DNA from: a virus
Lineage: Duplodnaviria; Caudoviricetes
Length of the DNA: 34,328 nt
Virus record (IMG/VR): IMGVR_UViG_3300046049_000141
Span: 1 to 34,328 of that record
Reading direction: 5' to 3' (one strand)
Every line of letters starts with the position of its first letter. Positions within the stretch are counted from its first letter, which is position 1. Below, one piece after another: positions 33,945 to 34,328 of the stretch. Below the pieces are notes generated by a model. That model ran no database searches. It had not been told where the DNA came from and saw only the letters and a list, made by a program, of their open reading frames with translations. Made by a program: the position numbers and the translations under genes.

Positions 33945-34037
33945 GGTACTCCTCAAGCGTCATTTGGAAAGAGGCGATACTTATCATTAATTTCCTTGCT
34001 TCTCCATCCATCCCCTGAACCCTCAACTTTTAATATC

Positions 34038-34328
34038 ATGCCTGAGATGAGACAGCGGGTAGAAAAACTACGCCAACAACTGCAAAAGGCAGACTACACT
34101 TATTATGTCCTCGATAACCCCATCATGGAGGACGCCGTTTATGACCGACTCTATCGAGAGTTAGAAGAATTAGAGCAGAAGCATCCAGAACTTGTCACCC
34201 CTGATAGTCCTACCCAGCGCGTGGGAGGTGAACCTGCTCAAGAATTTCAGGAGATGCGACACAATATCCCGCTTTATAGTCTGGAGAATGCTTTTAGTCT
34301 AGAAGAATTGACTAAATGGCAGGAGCGT
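34038..34328 (+). CDS. ligA: NAD-dependent DNA ligase, 5' partial (absent from the ORF track)
   Basis: [64 protein letters not shown]...[11 protein letters not shown]. Confidence 0.95.
   Translation, partial: MPEMRQRVEKLRQQLQKADYTYYVLDNPIMEDAVYDRLYRELEELEQKHPELVTPDSPTQRVGGEPAQEFQEMRHNIPLYSLENAFSLEELTKWQER

Noticed and set aside
33730-34026. 55-aa + ORF (33730-33897) and 94-aa - ORF (33742-34026)
   Set aside because: The + ORF's ATG overlaps the -10 box, so it would lie upstream of the transcription start; both span the IS-derived cassette D.

Overview
This looks like a cyanobacterial siphovirus-like phage or prophage morphogenesis region, with a DUF2213/DUF2184-type head module, neck and tail tube genes, a frameshifting tail chaperone, a 3094-aa tape measure protein and a GTA-type tail tip (DUF2460, DUF2163, NlpC/P60, host-specificity protein, DUF2793). 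The gene order is scrambled and the ~13.2-18.2 kb block is inverted. An intact cyanobacterial tmRNA gene is wedged between two convergent tail genes. Accessory cargo includes HNH and GIY-YIG nucleases, a TnpB with no tnpA, an AbiEi pseudogene, two truncated orphan BrnA-like antitoxins, a putative R-M pair and the start of ligA. The most notable non-coding signals are: (i) two promoter-bearing, streamlined stand-alone copies of the tnpB 3' end (omegaRNA-like) with different guides, plus a third cassette from another TnpB family; (ii) six copies of a ~43-bp palindrome at gene and module junctions; (iii) an 11-bp motif usually 29-37 nt upstream of start codons. No portal, terminase, integrase or lysis gene was recognised in the window. 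All family calls come from motif recognition by eye, not from database searches.
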